Assembly (NCBI GenBank): GCA_041499375.1
Contig: JBGQKD010000018.1
Coordinates: 212 to 64,211, forward strand
Direction: 5' to 3'
Length of the DNA stretch: 64,000 nucleotides
Source: Gemmatimonadota bacterium
GTDB lineage: Bacteria > Gemmatimonadota > Gemmatimonadetes > Gemmatimonadales > GWC2-71-9
Within the stretch, counting starts at the first letter, position 1; each line of letters opens with the position of its first letter. The notes under the pieces were generated by a model. It was not told the origin of the DNA and searched no databases. It saw nothing but the letters and a program-made list of their open reading frames with translations. Shown piece by piece: positions 21,022-29,067 of the stretch. The position numbers were made by a program, and so were the translations under genes.

Positions 21022-21046
21022 GCCGTGGTGCCAATGGTGGTGCCAA
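21022..21046. repeat. tandem decamer element, left copy (minus strand TTGGCACCAC-CA-TTGGCACCAC)
   Basis: The 25-mer recurs at 38786-38810 with one mismatch in the same orientation. This copy lies 41 nt inside the left att repeat. Confidence 0.85.
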
Positions 21047-21167
21047 GCCCCAGCCGCGCAGTGCTTCGAACCGCGTTCCTAACCTAGTCGCTCTCCTCCG
21101 TATGCGGTACTGTTTGGCAGGCTCCTGTCGCGCGGATTAGTTTTCCGAGCGCTGCCCGACTCGTCGG

Positions 21168-21226
21168 CGCTGGCGATGGAGTTCGCCACTAACCGCCCAA
21201 ATCTAAGGGCTGATGACTCCTACCTG
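21168..21226 (+). promoter_or_regulatory. fluoride riboswitch (crcB motif)
   Basis: GGCGATGGAGTTCGCCA..TAACCGCC..GGCTGATGACTCCTACC matches the conserved crcB aptamer core. It is directly upstream of crcB. Confidence 0.9.
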
Positions 21227-21251
21227 GGCCTTCCTCAGGGAGGAGTTTTTT
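21215..21251 (+). terminator. riboswitch expression platform: terminator hairpin that also sequesters the SD
   Basis: ACTCCTACCTGGG/CCTCAGGGAGGAGT stem (1 mismatch, 1 GU) followed by TTTTTT. The 3' arm contains GGAGG, 7 nt before the crcB TTG start. Confidence 0.7.
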
Positions 21252-21252
21252 C

Positions 21253-21630
21253 TTGACGCTCGCGTACATCGCCCTCGGCGGCCTCCTCGGCACGATTGCT
21301 CGCTACATGCTCCAGGGCTGGATCCAAACCCGCGCCGGAGCGACGACTTTTCCGCTCGGAACCCTCACGATCAACCTCGTTGGGTCTCTGGCAGTTGGTT
21401 TCGTGATCCGCTACGCAACTGGCTCGACGGTGATTTCCCCCGAGATGCGAGGTGCGCTAACCATCGGGTTTTGCGGAGCGTTCACGACGATGAGCACATT
21501 CAGTTACGAGACGATGACGCTGCTGCGTGATAGTCAGTACTTGTACGCGGGACTGTACATGGGCGGGACCATTCTTGGCTGCCTAGCCGCCGTCATCGCA
21601 GGTACCGCCCTGGCCAACCGACTCCTATAG
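21253..21630 (+). CDS. crcB: fluoride channel CrcB/FluC
   Basis: 125 aa, 4 TM, GGLLGTIARY and GFCGAFTTMSTF motifs. TTG start. Confidence 0.9.
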   Translation: MTLAYIALGGLLGTIARYMLQGWIQTRAGATTFPLGTLTINLVGSLAVGFVIRYATGSTVISPEMRGALTIGFCGAFTTMSTFSYETMTLLRDSQYLYAGLYMGGTILGCLAAVIAGTALANRLL

Positions 21631-21639
21631 GAGCGCGTC

Positions 21640-22035
21640 ATGCCGCATCGCTTCAATGGTGAACGCACGCTGATGCGCATTCTCATCGGCGAGAGCGACA
21701 AGTATCACGGTAAACCCCTGTACGAGGCTCTCCTGGAGCACTTCCGCAAGAAGCGGCTCGCCGGGGCCACAGTGCTGCGCGGCGTCGCGGGGTTCGGCGC
21801 CGAGAGCGTGGTGCGTACGGAGAAGGTGCTGCGCCTCTCGCTCGATCTCCCAATCGTGATCGAGGTGGTAGAGACCGAGGAAGCCATCCAGTCAATTCTG
21901 CCCGACCTGGATGCGATGATCGGAGGCGGCCTTATCACCCTGGAACGAGCGCGAGTCATCATGTACCGGCCGGCGAACGTGCAGCCGAGTGAGCGGGAGG
22001 CGCACCGGATCGAAGGCCTGAAACCAGAGAGCTGA
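21640..22035 (+). CDS. DUF190 (PII-like) protein commonly paired with crcB
   Basis: LMRILIGESDKYHGKPLYEALL...GATVLRGVAGFG pattern. Confidence 0.8.
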   Translation: MPHRFNGERTLMRILIGESDKYHGKPLYEALLEHFRKKRLAGATVLRGVAGFGAESVVRTEKVLRLSLDLPIVIEVVETEEAIQSILPDLDAMIGGGLITLERARVIMYRPANVQPSEREAHRIEGLKPES

Positions 22036-22426
22036 GTCGGTCTTTCAGTCTCTCCTGGTGCTGCTCCACACGGTACTCCACCGCTTCGGACCTGTGGCGC
22101 ACCTGACCGAGGTGCCCGTAGACCTTCCGCACCATCGTCTCGCCGCCGTGGCCCATCTCTCGGGCGAGCGTATTCGTGCTCACCGGCGCACCCTGGTCCA
22201 CGGTCTGAAGCCGGGCCGCGCAGTAGGTGTGCCGGAACACCTTCGAGCGGATCTCCCCCGGCTTCCAGCTGGCCCGGACGGCTACCGCGTCGAGCAACTT
22301 CCGGAAGTCGGTGAGCATCGCTTCTTCACCCGTCCGGTAGCTCGGGAAGAGCAGCCGGCTCGGCGGGTGCTCGGCCAGGTAGTGCTCCAGGGCCTCGCGT
22401 AGCTGCGGCCACAGGGGCAAGCTCAT
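21959..22426 (-). pseudogene. tyrosine recombinase/integrase, C-terminal catalytic fragment only
   Basis: VFRHTYCAARL (HxxR) and GH...VYGHL (catalytic Tyr region). Only 155 codons; an in-frame TAA lies 9 nt upstream of its first ATG. The 3' end overlaps the convergent DUF190 gene by 77 nt. Confidence 0.75.
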
Positions 22427-22753
22427 CCCGCTTTACGTCAGCGCCTCGAGCTCGACACGGCCGACGTGGACGTGGTGCTAAAGGCGCTGCGGAAGGCCCT
22501 CGATCAGAAAGATCCACTCACTCTTGAATGGCTCGGTACGGACCGGCACGCCCGGGGAGACTTTCTCGTCGACGAAATCCTGCGTCAGGTCATGCCCGGC
22601 ATCAATACCGTGCGCCACATCAGGCGGATTCGAGAGGAACTCAGGGCCTGCGGTGGTCAGGTGATTGACGACGAGTTCCCCGAAGATCCAAGGTCATCAC
22701 AGGACCGGCTGCTCCGCAGTGAGTAGATACAGACCCTCGGCGGGGGCAAGCGC

Positions 22754-23902
22754 CTAGAGCCACCTCGGGAACCAGGTTCGCTCGAGCAAGACTTTCGCCC
22801 AATGCCACCGGCGGCCGGGCGTCTTGAGCCGGACGACGGGGTCCGGAGTGGCGTAGAAGTTCCCGGTGGCGAATCCCGCCCGCCCACCACCCATCTCGAC
22901 GAAGCAGGCACCCTCGCCGCTGAACTCCGCGGCAGGCGCCGCGCCGCGCACGAGGGCGGCGATGTTGCGCGCCACAACTTCCGCCTGGCCTTCCGCGAAC
23001 ACCCCCGCCTTCGGCAGTGACTTCCCGTTCGGCAGAGGAATCCCCGTCACGTCGCCTACCGCCCAGACGCGCTCGACCGGCGTGGCGAGCGTCCTGGGAT
23101 GGACCTTCACCCAGCCGCCCGCGGGCCCGAGACCCGCATCCACAACGAACGCCGGCGCGGCGTGGGGCGGGACGTAGGCGAGCAGGTCATAAGTCGCGAC
23201 GTCCCCCGTCTCGAATCGGATGGTGCGGTTGCCCGGCTCGACGGCGACGGGCGTGTGGCCGGGGAAATAGTCGATGCCGCGCGCCGTGAGCATCTGGCGC
23301 ACGGCCGCGCCGAGCGCCGGCCCAGCGACGGGCATCGGCTGCGGCTCGGGGGTGTAGACGGCGACCTCCGAGCGACCGCGTATGCCTTGGGCGCGGAGCC
23401 GCGCCTCGAGCAGCAGGGCCGCCTCATATGGAGCGGCGGGACACTTGAACGGCATCGCGGCGACCAACACCACGAGCTTGCCGCCCGGGAAGCGGGAGAG
23501 GTCGGCGTTCAGACCGCCCGCGCCATCCAGCGTGTAGAGATTGCGCCCAGCCTGCGCCAACCCAGGCAGTGCCTCCGGCCGCAACTCGGCGCCCGGGGAC
23601 AAGAGCAGGTAATCGTAGGGCACGTCTCCATCGTCGAGCCGGACACGCTGTAGGCTCAAGTCGAGTCCCTGCACTGCGCCGAGCCGGAATGACACGCCGC
23701 GGCGGTTCAGGCGAGCGAGCGGACGGGAGAGGCGTTCCGGACGCCGGGTCCCGTCGGCGACCCAGAGGAGCGAAGGTTGGAAGAGGTGATCGCGCGCGCG
23801 ATCGATGACCGTGATGCGGTGCCCGCGGCCGAGGGAACGGCGCAGGCGCTTCGCGGCCACCACACCTCCGACGCCGCCTCCGACAATGACGATGTCAGCC
23901 AT
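22754..23902 (-). CDS. FAD-dependent pyridine nucleotide-disulfide oxidoreductase, sulfide:quinone oxidoreductase-like
   Basis: IVIVGGGVGGV N-terminus, FKCPAAPYEAALL motif, 382 aa. Confidence 0.8.
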   Translation of the reverse strand: MADIVIVGGGVGGVVAAKRLRRSLGRGHRITVIDRARDHLFQPSLLWVADGTRRPERLSRPLARLNRRGVSFRLGAVQGLDLSLQRVRLDDGDVPYDYLLLSPGAELRPEALPGLAQAGRNLYTLDGAGGLNADLSRFPGGKLVVLVAAMPFKCPAAPYEAALLLEARLRAQGIRGRSEVAVYTPEPQPMPVAGPALGAAVRQMLTARGIDYFPGHTPVAVEPGNRTIRFETGDVATYDLLAYVPPHAAPAFVVDAGLGPAGGWVKVHPRTLATPVERVWAVGDVTGIPLPNGKSLPKAGVFAEGQAEVVARNIAALVRGAAPAAEFSGEGACFVEMGGGRAGFATGNFYATPDPVVRLKTPGRRWHWAKVLLERTWFPRWL

Positions 23903-23914
23903 ACATCCGTCCTT

Positions 23915-24265
23915 CTAAAAAACGATGACCCGATCAGCCCACAGCGTCCAATCGGTCAGCTCGTCGAGCGAGCTGCGCCGAGTCCCGTCGACCAGTTCGG
24001 CGTCGGTGAGCCCGCGCGCGTCCATGCACGACCCGCAGACGCCCACGGCGGCGCCGTGCTGCAGCGGCACCTTCAGCATCCGTTCCAGGTGGTAGTAGCC
24101 CTGGGGGACCATCTGCCCGGCTTTGGCGCAGCTGGCGGCGTCGCCCATGAGAAAGATTTTGACTGCTGTTCCTTCGCGCTTGGCAAGCGAACCCGCCAGC
24201 CGGAGGCCGTTGTAGGAACGCTCCGTGCCATACGGGGGATCGTTGAGGATGATGAGGGCGTTCAT
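23915..24265 (-). CDS. DsrE/DsrF-family sulfur-relay-like protein
   Basis: 116 aa. ILNDPPYGTERSYNGLRLA and VGVCGSCMDARG segments are typical of the DsrE fold. Confidence 0.75.
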   Translation of the reverse strand: MNALIILNDPPYGTERSYNGLRLAGSLAKREGTAVKIFLMGDAASCAKAGQMVPQGYYHLERMLKVPLQHGAAVGVCGSCMDARGLTDAELVDGTRRSSLDELTDWTLWADRVIVF

Positions 24266-25437
24266 CGTTCGCGTGCCCCTGGATGCGTCATGGGAAGATC
24301 GCGCTGGAGTCCGAACCAGCGGGCCCGGCGACTGGAGCCGAAGCGCTGCTTCTCACCGACCAGGGCGACCGATGGTTCGCGGAAGCTCCCCGTGGGCGCG
24401 GGCCCCGAAAAAAAGTTCACGTCCACGCGCCCGACGCGGCCTCCCCCGAACTCGACATAGCACGTACCCGCCCCAGCATACGCCGAGGGTTGTTCGCCGC
24501 CTTGAATGTCGGCCAGCAGCGAGGCGGCGACGACCCGCGCGGCCCCTTCGGAGAACGTGCCTGCCTTCGCTGTTCCCACACTCGTCACATCCCCGACGGC
24601 ATACACGCCGGGGAACCGCGTCTTGAGATTCTTTGGGTCGACTGGAATCCAACCATTCTCCGTCAGACCGCTCGCCGCGACAACGTTCGGGACGCGGTGG
24701 TTTGGGATGCCCAGGAACAGGTCATAAGGCATCTCGCTCGCATCATCCAGAATGGCGACGCGGCGCGAGGGGTCGAGGGCGCTCACGCGCCGGTTGGGGA
24801 CGAAGATGATCCCTCGCTCGGCGAAAGCAGCGATCAACGCCTTAGAACTTGCAGGTGACGGAGGAATCGGAGCCCCGATCGGCATGACGAGGCTGATTTC
24901 GCATGCGTCGCGCACGCCGCGTGTGGTGAGATGGTCGTGCAGCAACAAGGCGGCTTCGCTCGGCGCAGGGGGGCACTTGAACGGCGCCGCGGTCACGCCG
25001 ACAATCGCGTGGCCTGACGAGAAGGTGGGCAGCACATCTCGCAGACGCTCGGCGCCGGCAAGGGAGTAAAACTCATGGCCGCCTTCGCTGAGCCCCGGTG
25101 TGGCAGCCAGATCGTAGTCGGCGCCCAAGGCAATCACCAGCACGTCGGCCTCATACGTCCCGTGGTCCGTTGTGACGCGCCGCGCTTCTGGGTCAATCGC
25201 GGTAATCGTTTCCTGACGAAAGACCACACCGGGCTTCACGATGTTGCTGTAAGCGAGTCGAACGGCGTCGGGTCTCTCACGACCGAACATCACATCGAGC
25301 TTCGAGAAGCCGAAGAAAAAGGAGTCGTTCCTGTCGATCAGGGTGAGGTCGAGGCGATCGCCGAGGGCCTGGGACAGGATAGTGCTGAGTTCGAGGCCGC
25401 CGAAACCTGCACCGAGGACAACGACTCGCCGTTTCAT
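24262..25437 (-). CDS. second SQR-like FAD-dependent oxidoreductase
   Basis: VVVLGAGFGGLE N-terminus, FKCPPAPSEAALL motif, 391 aa. Paralogous in layout to 22754..23902. Confidence 0.8.
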   Translation of the reverse strand: MKRRVVVLGAGFGGLELSTILSQALGDRLDLTLIDRNDSFFFGFSKLDVMFGRERPDAVRLAYSNIVKPGVVFRQETITAIDPEARRVTTDHGTYEADVLVIALGADYDLAATPGLSEGGHEFYSLAGAERLRDVLPTFSSGHAIVGVTAAPFKCPPAPSEAALLLHDHLTTRGVRDACEISLVMPIGAPIPPSPASSKALIAAFAERGIIFVPNRRVSALDPSRRVAILDDASEMPYDLFLGIPNHRVPNVVAASGLTENGWIPVDPKNLKTRFPGVYAVGDVTSVGTAKAGTFSEGAARVVAASLLADIQGGEQPSAYAGAGTCYVEFGGGRVGRVDVNFFSGPAPTGSFREPSVALVGEKQRFGSSRRARWFGLQRDLPMTHPGARER

Positions 25438-25475
25438 GGTGTGTCTCCTGGCGCCGCGACCGGCACCGACCGGGG

Positions 25476-25509
25476 ACTTGACTATTCAAGTAATCACTAT
25501 AATACTTGA
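25476..25509. promoter_or_regulatory. candidate operator in the divergent promoter region: ACTTGA-ctat-TCAAGT plus a third ACTTGA half-site
   Basis: Perfect 6-4-6 inverted repeat at 25476-25491 and a repeat of the half-site at 25504-25509. AT-rich TATAAT-like box between them. Confidence 0.4.
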
Positions 25510-25563
25510 CGAGTGGCCCTGAGGAAAGGGGGCCCCTGAGCAGCCCACACAAGGAGAACGCCG

Positions 25564-25845
25564 ATGGTTTACCTGGAGATCACCCTCAAGGTCGCACCCG
25601 CCAACCGGCCTGCAGCGGCTGGGGTCTACCAGCGCTACAAGGCGCCGTTTCTCACCACGATCGCCGGTGCGAAGTCGAAGGAGTTGCTGGTCCGCGACGA
25701 CGACGTGCAGGTGCTTCACGGCTTCGACACGGCGGAGCAGGCGAATGCCTACCTGAAGACCGCGTTGTTTACGTCCGACGTCGTCGGCGCGCTCAAGCCG
25801 CTGCTCGACGCCGCGCCGGACGTCCGGATCTACAAGGCGGCCTGA
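25564..25845 (+). CDS. small hypothetical protein (possibly ferredoxin-like alpha+beta fold)
   Basis: 93 aa. AAGGAG lies 6 nt upstream of the ATG. First gene of the ArsR::rhodanese operon. Confidence 0.6.
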   Translation: MVYLEITLKVAPANRPAAAGVYQRYKAPFLTTIAGAKSKELLVRDDDVQVLHGFDTAEQANAYLKTALFTSDVVGALKPLLDAAPDVRIYKAA

Positions 25846-25905
25846 TGTGGCCCATGTCGAGCCGTCGACGTCGGCGGCTCGACATTTCACGCAGCGCGAG
25901 GAGCA

Positions 25906-26595
25906 ATGGGAATGCCCAATAGAAGCTTCAAGGACGCCATCTACGAGCAGTTTGCGCGCCTGGGAAAGGCGGTCTCTGCCCCGAAGCGGCTCGAGCTGCT
26001 CGACCTGCTGTGCCAAGGGCCCAAGACCGTGGAGGTGCTCGCCAATCAGGCAGCCCTCTCGGTCGCCAACACGTCCCAGCACCTCCAGGTGCTCCGAGCG
26101 GCGCGGCTGGTCGAGGCCGAGAAGCAGGGCCTGCACGTCGAGTACCGCCTGGCCGGTGAGGACGTCTGCGAGTTCTTCCTGGCCCTTCGTAACCTCGCGG
26201 AGGGTCGGCTCGCCGAGATCGAGGTCGTAACACGCGAGTACCTCCGGCAGCGTGACGCGATGGAAACCGTCCCTGGCGTTGAGCTACTGCGCCGCGTGAA
26301 GAGCGGTGAGGTCACCGTGCTCGACGTTCGTCCGTCGGAAGAGTACCGAGCCGGGCACATCCCGGGCGCGGTGTCGATTCCGCTCGGCGAGCTCAAGGCT
26401 CGTTTCAAAGAGCTGCCCAAGAACCGCGAGGTGGTGGCGTACTGCCGCGGCCCCTACTGCGTGTTCGCTGTCGAGGCGGTCGAGCTGCTCCGCAAGAAAG
26501 GGCTCAAAGCACACCGTCTGCGGGAGGGTGTGCTCGATTGGCGAAGCCGCGGCTGGCGCGTCGACGCCGAGACAGCCTCGCGGAAGGGGCGTTGA
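25906..26595 (+). CDS. ArsR/SmtB-family wHTH regulator fused to a rhodanese domain
   Basis: N-terminal LELLDLLCQGPKTVEVLA...VANTSQHLQVLR wHTH. C-terminal rhodanese with active-site loop YCRGPYC. Confidence 0.85.
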   Translation: MGMPNRSFKDAIYEQFARLGKAVSAPKRLELLDLLCQGPKTVEVLANQAALSVANTSQHLQVLRAARLVEAEKQGLHVEYRLAGEDVCEFFLALRNLAEGRLAEIEVVTREYLRQRDAMETVPGVELLRRVKSGEVTVLDVRPSEEYRAGHIPGAVSIPLGELKARFKELPKNREVVAYCRGPYCVFAVEAVELLRKKGLKAHRLREGVLDWRSRGWRVDAETASRKGR

Positions 26596-26596
26596 C

Positions 26597-27085
26597 ATGA
26601 GAACGCCCTTGGCGCCACGGACACGCCGTCGCCTGGACATTCAGGGGTTCGACACGATCGACGAGCAGGTGCTCGCGCCCGTCGCCCCATGGCTGCGCCT
26701 GGCGTTTGGCCTGTGCGCTGTGCTCGGCGGCGTGGGGACTGCCTTGGCCTCGCCCACCATTCTCCTCGTGCTCGCGCCGTTCGCGGCGCTTGCAGCAGCA
26801 TCGCCCGTGCACCCCTTCGACCTCATCTACAACCATGGTATACGCCACTTCACCGGGACCGGCCCCCTGCCCAGGCGTGGCGCGCCGTCCCGTTTTGGTT
26901 GCGGTATGGGCGCCATTCTGCTGCTCCTCACGGCCTGGGCGTTCTCAGCCGGACACGCAGGCGTCGGCTACGCGCTCGGCGGCGTGGTCACGTTCGCGGC
27001 GCTTCTTGTGGGTACGACGGATATCTGCATTCCATCGATAATCTACCGGTCGATCTTCGGCCGGCCGCGTGCCCGCGATGCGTAA
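26597..27085 (+). CDS. DUF4395-like membrane protein
   Basis: ATG lies 1 nt after the regulator stop. Hydrophobic, ~162 aa, ends with a TDICIPS segment. Confidence 0.65.
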   Translation: MRTPLAPRTRRRLDIQGFDTIDEQVLAPVAPWLRLAFGLCAVLGGVGTALASPTILLVLAPFAALAAASPVHPFDLIYNHGIRHFTGTGPLPRRGAPSRFGCGMGAILLLLTAWAFSAGHAGVGYALGGVVTFAALLVGTTDICIPSIIYRSIFGRPRARDA

Positions 27086-27125
27086 TAGAACGGATAGTCG
27101 CCGTGAGCCGGCGGATGTCTTGACC

Positions 27126-27626
27126 ATGAGTCGACGCGTTTCGGCAGCGACGCCACCCGTCGTGGTGGTGAATCTGTTGACGAGAATGCTCCGTGAAGCG
27201 TTCGAGGGACCTCCCGGGCCGTGGACCTACTTCACCGACACATCCCCGGCGACGGGGGTGCTCGGGACGATCGCCGAGCTGAACGCCGCTCAGGCATCCC
27301 AGAAAGCCGGACCAAACAACACGACGATTGCCGGCCACGTCCACCACCTGAGCGCATCGCTCGCGCTCTCGAGGCAAGGGTTGCGCGGGGTCTCCACGTC
27401 GCGCGATCGCAGCCTGAGCTGGACACTGTCCACGCTGGACGACGCGGCGTGGATCGCCTTGCGTGCGGAACTGCGCCGCGAGTACGAAAGCCTGCTGGTG
27501 ACGGTCTTGTCTCACACGATGTGGGATGAGGACGCGCTGGGCGTAGCGTTCGGCGCGATCGCACACACGGCCTACCATCTTGGCGCGATGCGGCAGCGAT
27601 TCACCCCCCGCGGCAGGAATCCATGA
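27126..27626 (+). CDS. DinB-superfamily protein
   Basis: His triad pattern (HVHHL ... HTAYHLGAMRQ) typical of DinB/YfiT four-helix bundles. Confidence 0.7.
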   Translation: MSRRVSAATPPVVVVNLLTRMLREAFEGPPGPWTYFTDTSPATGVLGTIAELNAAQASQKAGPNNTTIAGHVHHLSASLALSRQGLRGVSTSRDRSLSWTLSTLDDAAWIALRAELRREYESLLVTVLSHTMWDEDALGVAFGAIAHTAYHLGAMRQRFTPRGRNP

Positions 27627-27767
27627 GCGTACGGAGGCTCGAGCCGATGAAGGGTGAGGCCAGGTTTAATCACAGGCTTTTACTAATCTGAGATATAGAA
27701 ACATCGTATTTGTCCTATGTCGAGATCATCGGCAACATTGGCCATTCCCCACCCCAAGGAGGGTGTC

Positions 27768-28274
27768 ATGTCGCACCGCTGCATCACGGCCGCACTCGCC
27801 GCGGCCCTCATTCCCGCCTCGCTCGCGGCGCAGGCGCCGCCGGCTCCGGCGCCGTCGCCGCAGGTGATCGTCGCGCACGCGCCCAGCCTCGCGTGGGCGC
27901 CCGGACCGCCGTCGTTGCCCCCCGGCTCCGAGTTTGTGCTGCTCGAGGGGAATCCCGCCGAGGCCGTGCCGCTCACGTTCCGGCTGCGCTTCCCCGCGAA
28001 CTACCGAATCCCGCCGCATTGGCATTCAGTGATCGAGCACGTCACGGTGCTGTCGGGTACGCTGAACGTCGGGATGGGAGAACACGCCACGTACACCGGC
28101 GGTACCGCGCTCAACGCGGGCAGCTTTGCTGCGATGCCGGCCAAGATGGTGCACTCGGCATGGACCGGTCCCGAGGGCGTGACGTTCCAACTCCATAGCG
28201 TCGGCCCCTGGAGCATCACGTACGTGAACGCGGCGGACGATCCACGCACCAAGAAGCCAGCGGGCAACGAATGA
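27768..28274 (+). CDS. secreted cupin-domain protein
   Basis: AAGGAGG lies 5 nt upstream of the ATG. Signal peptide ...ASLAAQA. Cupin motif PPHWHSVIEHVTVLSG. Confidence 0.75.
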   Translation: MSHRCITAALAAALIPASLAAQAPPAPAPSPQVIVAHAPSLAWAPGPPSLPPGSEFVLLEGNPAEAVPLTFRLRFPANYRIPPHWHSVIEHVTVLSGTLNVGMGEHATYTGGTALNAGSFAAMPAKMVHSAWTGPEGVTFQLHSVGPWSITYVNAADDPRTKKPAGNE

Positions 28275-28891
28275 CGGACCTCGCCACCCACGCATCCGAT
28301 CAGGCCCCGCTGGAGGGCGTGCTCAAAGACGAAGTCCTCCGGATGTATCAGGAGGTGGCTGACCATCCGGAGGCGGAGTTCCACTTCTTCCATGGCCGGA
28401 CGGCCGCCGAGATGTTCGGCTACGAACGTGAGTGGCTCGACCGGGCGCCGGCGGGCGCGGTGGCGTCGTTCGCCGGTGTCGGCAACCCGCACCTTCGCAG
28501 CGAGCTACAGCCGGGTGAGACGGTGCTCGATCTCGGCAGCGGCGCGGGGTTGGACAGCATCATCGCGGGGTGGCAGGTCGGGCCGTCAGGGCGGGTGCTC
28601 GGCATCGACCTCAATCCGCACATGTGCGCAAAGGCCGAGGCGCACGCCGCGCTCGCGGGCGGAGCGATGGAATGCCGCCAGGGGACGATGGAAGATGTGC
28701 CGCTGCCCGACGCGAGCGTGGACGTCGTCATCTCCAATGGCGTCATCAACCTCTCGTTTCGCAAGCGGCGGGTGATCGGCGAGCTGTTCCGCGTGCTGCG
28801 GCCGGGTGGGCGCGTGTCTATTGCCGACATTGTGAGCGCCAAACAGCTGTCGCAGTCGATCGTCAACGATCCGAAGCTTTGGGCCAGCTGA
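28271..28891 (+). CDS. ArsM-like class I SAM methyltransferase ending at an in-frame TGA (homology continues to 29065)
   Basis: VLDLGSGAGLD SAM motif and VVISNGVINL. TGA at 28889-28891 falls where ArsM proteins have LW.GC.AGAL. The same frame stays open through IGGALLEGEMFRLLEETGF... to TGA 29063-29065. Confidence 0.8.
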   Translation: MTDLATHASDQAPLEGVLKDEVLRMYQEVADHPEAEFHFFHGRTAAEMFGYEREWLDRAPAGAVASFAGVGNPHLRSELQPGETVLDLGSGAGLDSIIAGWQVGPSGRVLGIDLNPHMCAKAEAHAALAGGAMECRQGTMEDVPLPDASVDVVISNGVINLSFRKRRVIGELFRVLRPGGRVSIADIVSAKQLSQSIVNDPKLWAS

Positions 28892-29067
28892 ATCGGCGGC
28901 GCTCTCCTGGAAGGAGAGATGTTCCGGCTGCTGGAGGAGACCGGCTTTACTCAGGTCCGATCCGCCGTCGTTCCGCAGTTTCGGTTCCGCAAGGAGTCAA
29001 CGCAGAACTCAGCCGAAGCCTACGGCGTCAAGGCCGTCATGATGACCGCGGTAAAGCCAGGTTGAGA

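Noticed and set aside
21022-21046. Sigma-54 promoter reading of TGGCAC-N5-TTGGCA
   Set aside because: The -12 element would be TTGG instead of the near-invariant TTGC. The pattern is better explained as a 12-bp tandem repeat.
22466-22726. 86-aa plus-strand ORF between the integrase remnant and the SQR-like gene
   Set aside because: GTG start with no clear SD and no recognisable motif. It lies in a region that is probably integrase debris, so I cannot support it as a gene.
27655-27725. AT-rich patch (TTTAATCACAGGCTTTTACTAATCTGAGATATAGAAACATCGTATTTGTCCTATG) upstream of the cupin gene
   Set aside because: It is probably just a promoter or UP-like region, or a junction between acquired cassettes. 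I could not define a repeat or a motif.
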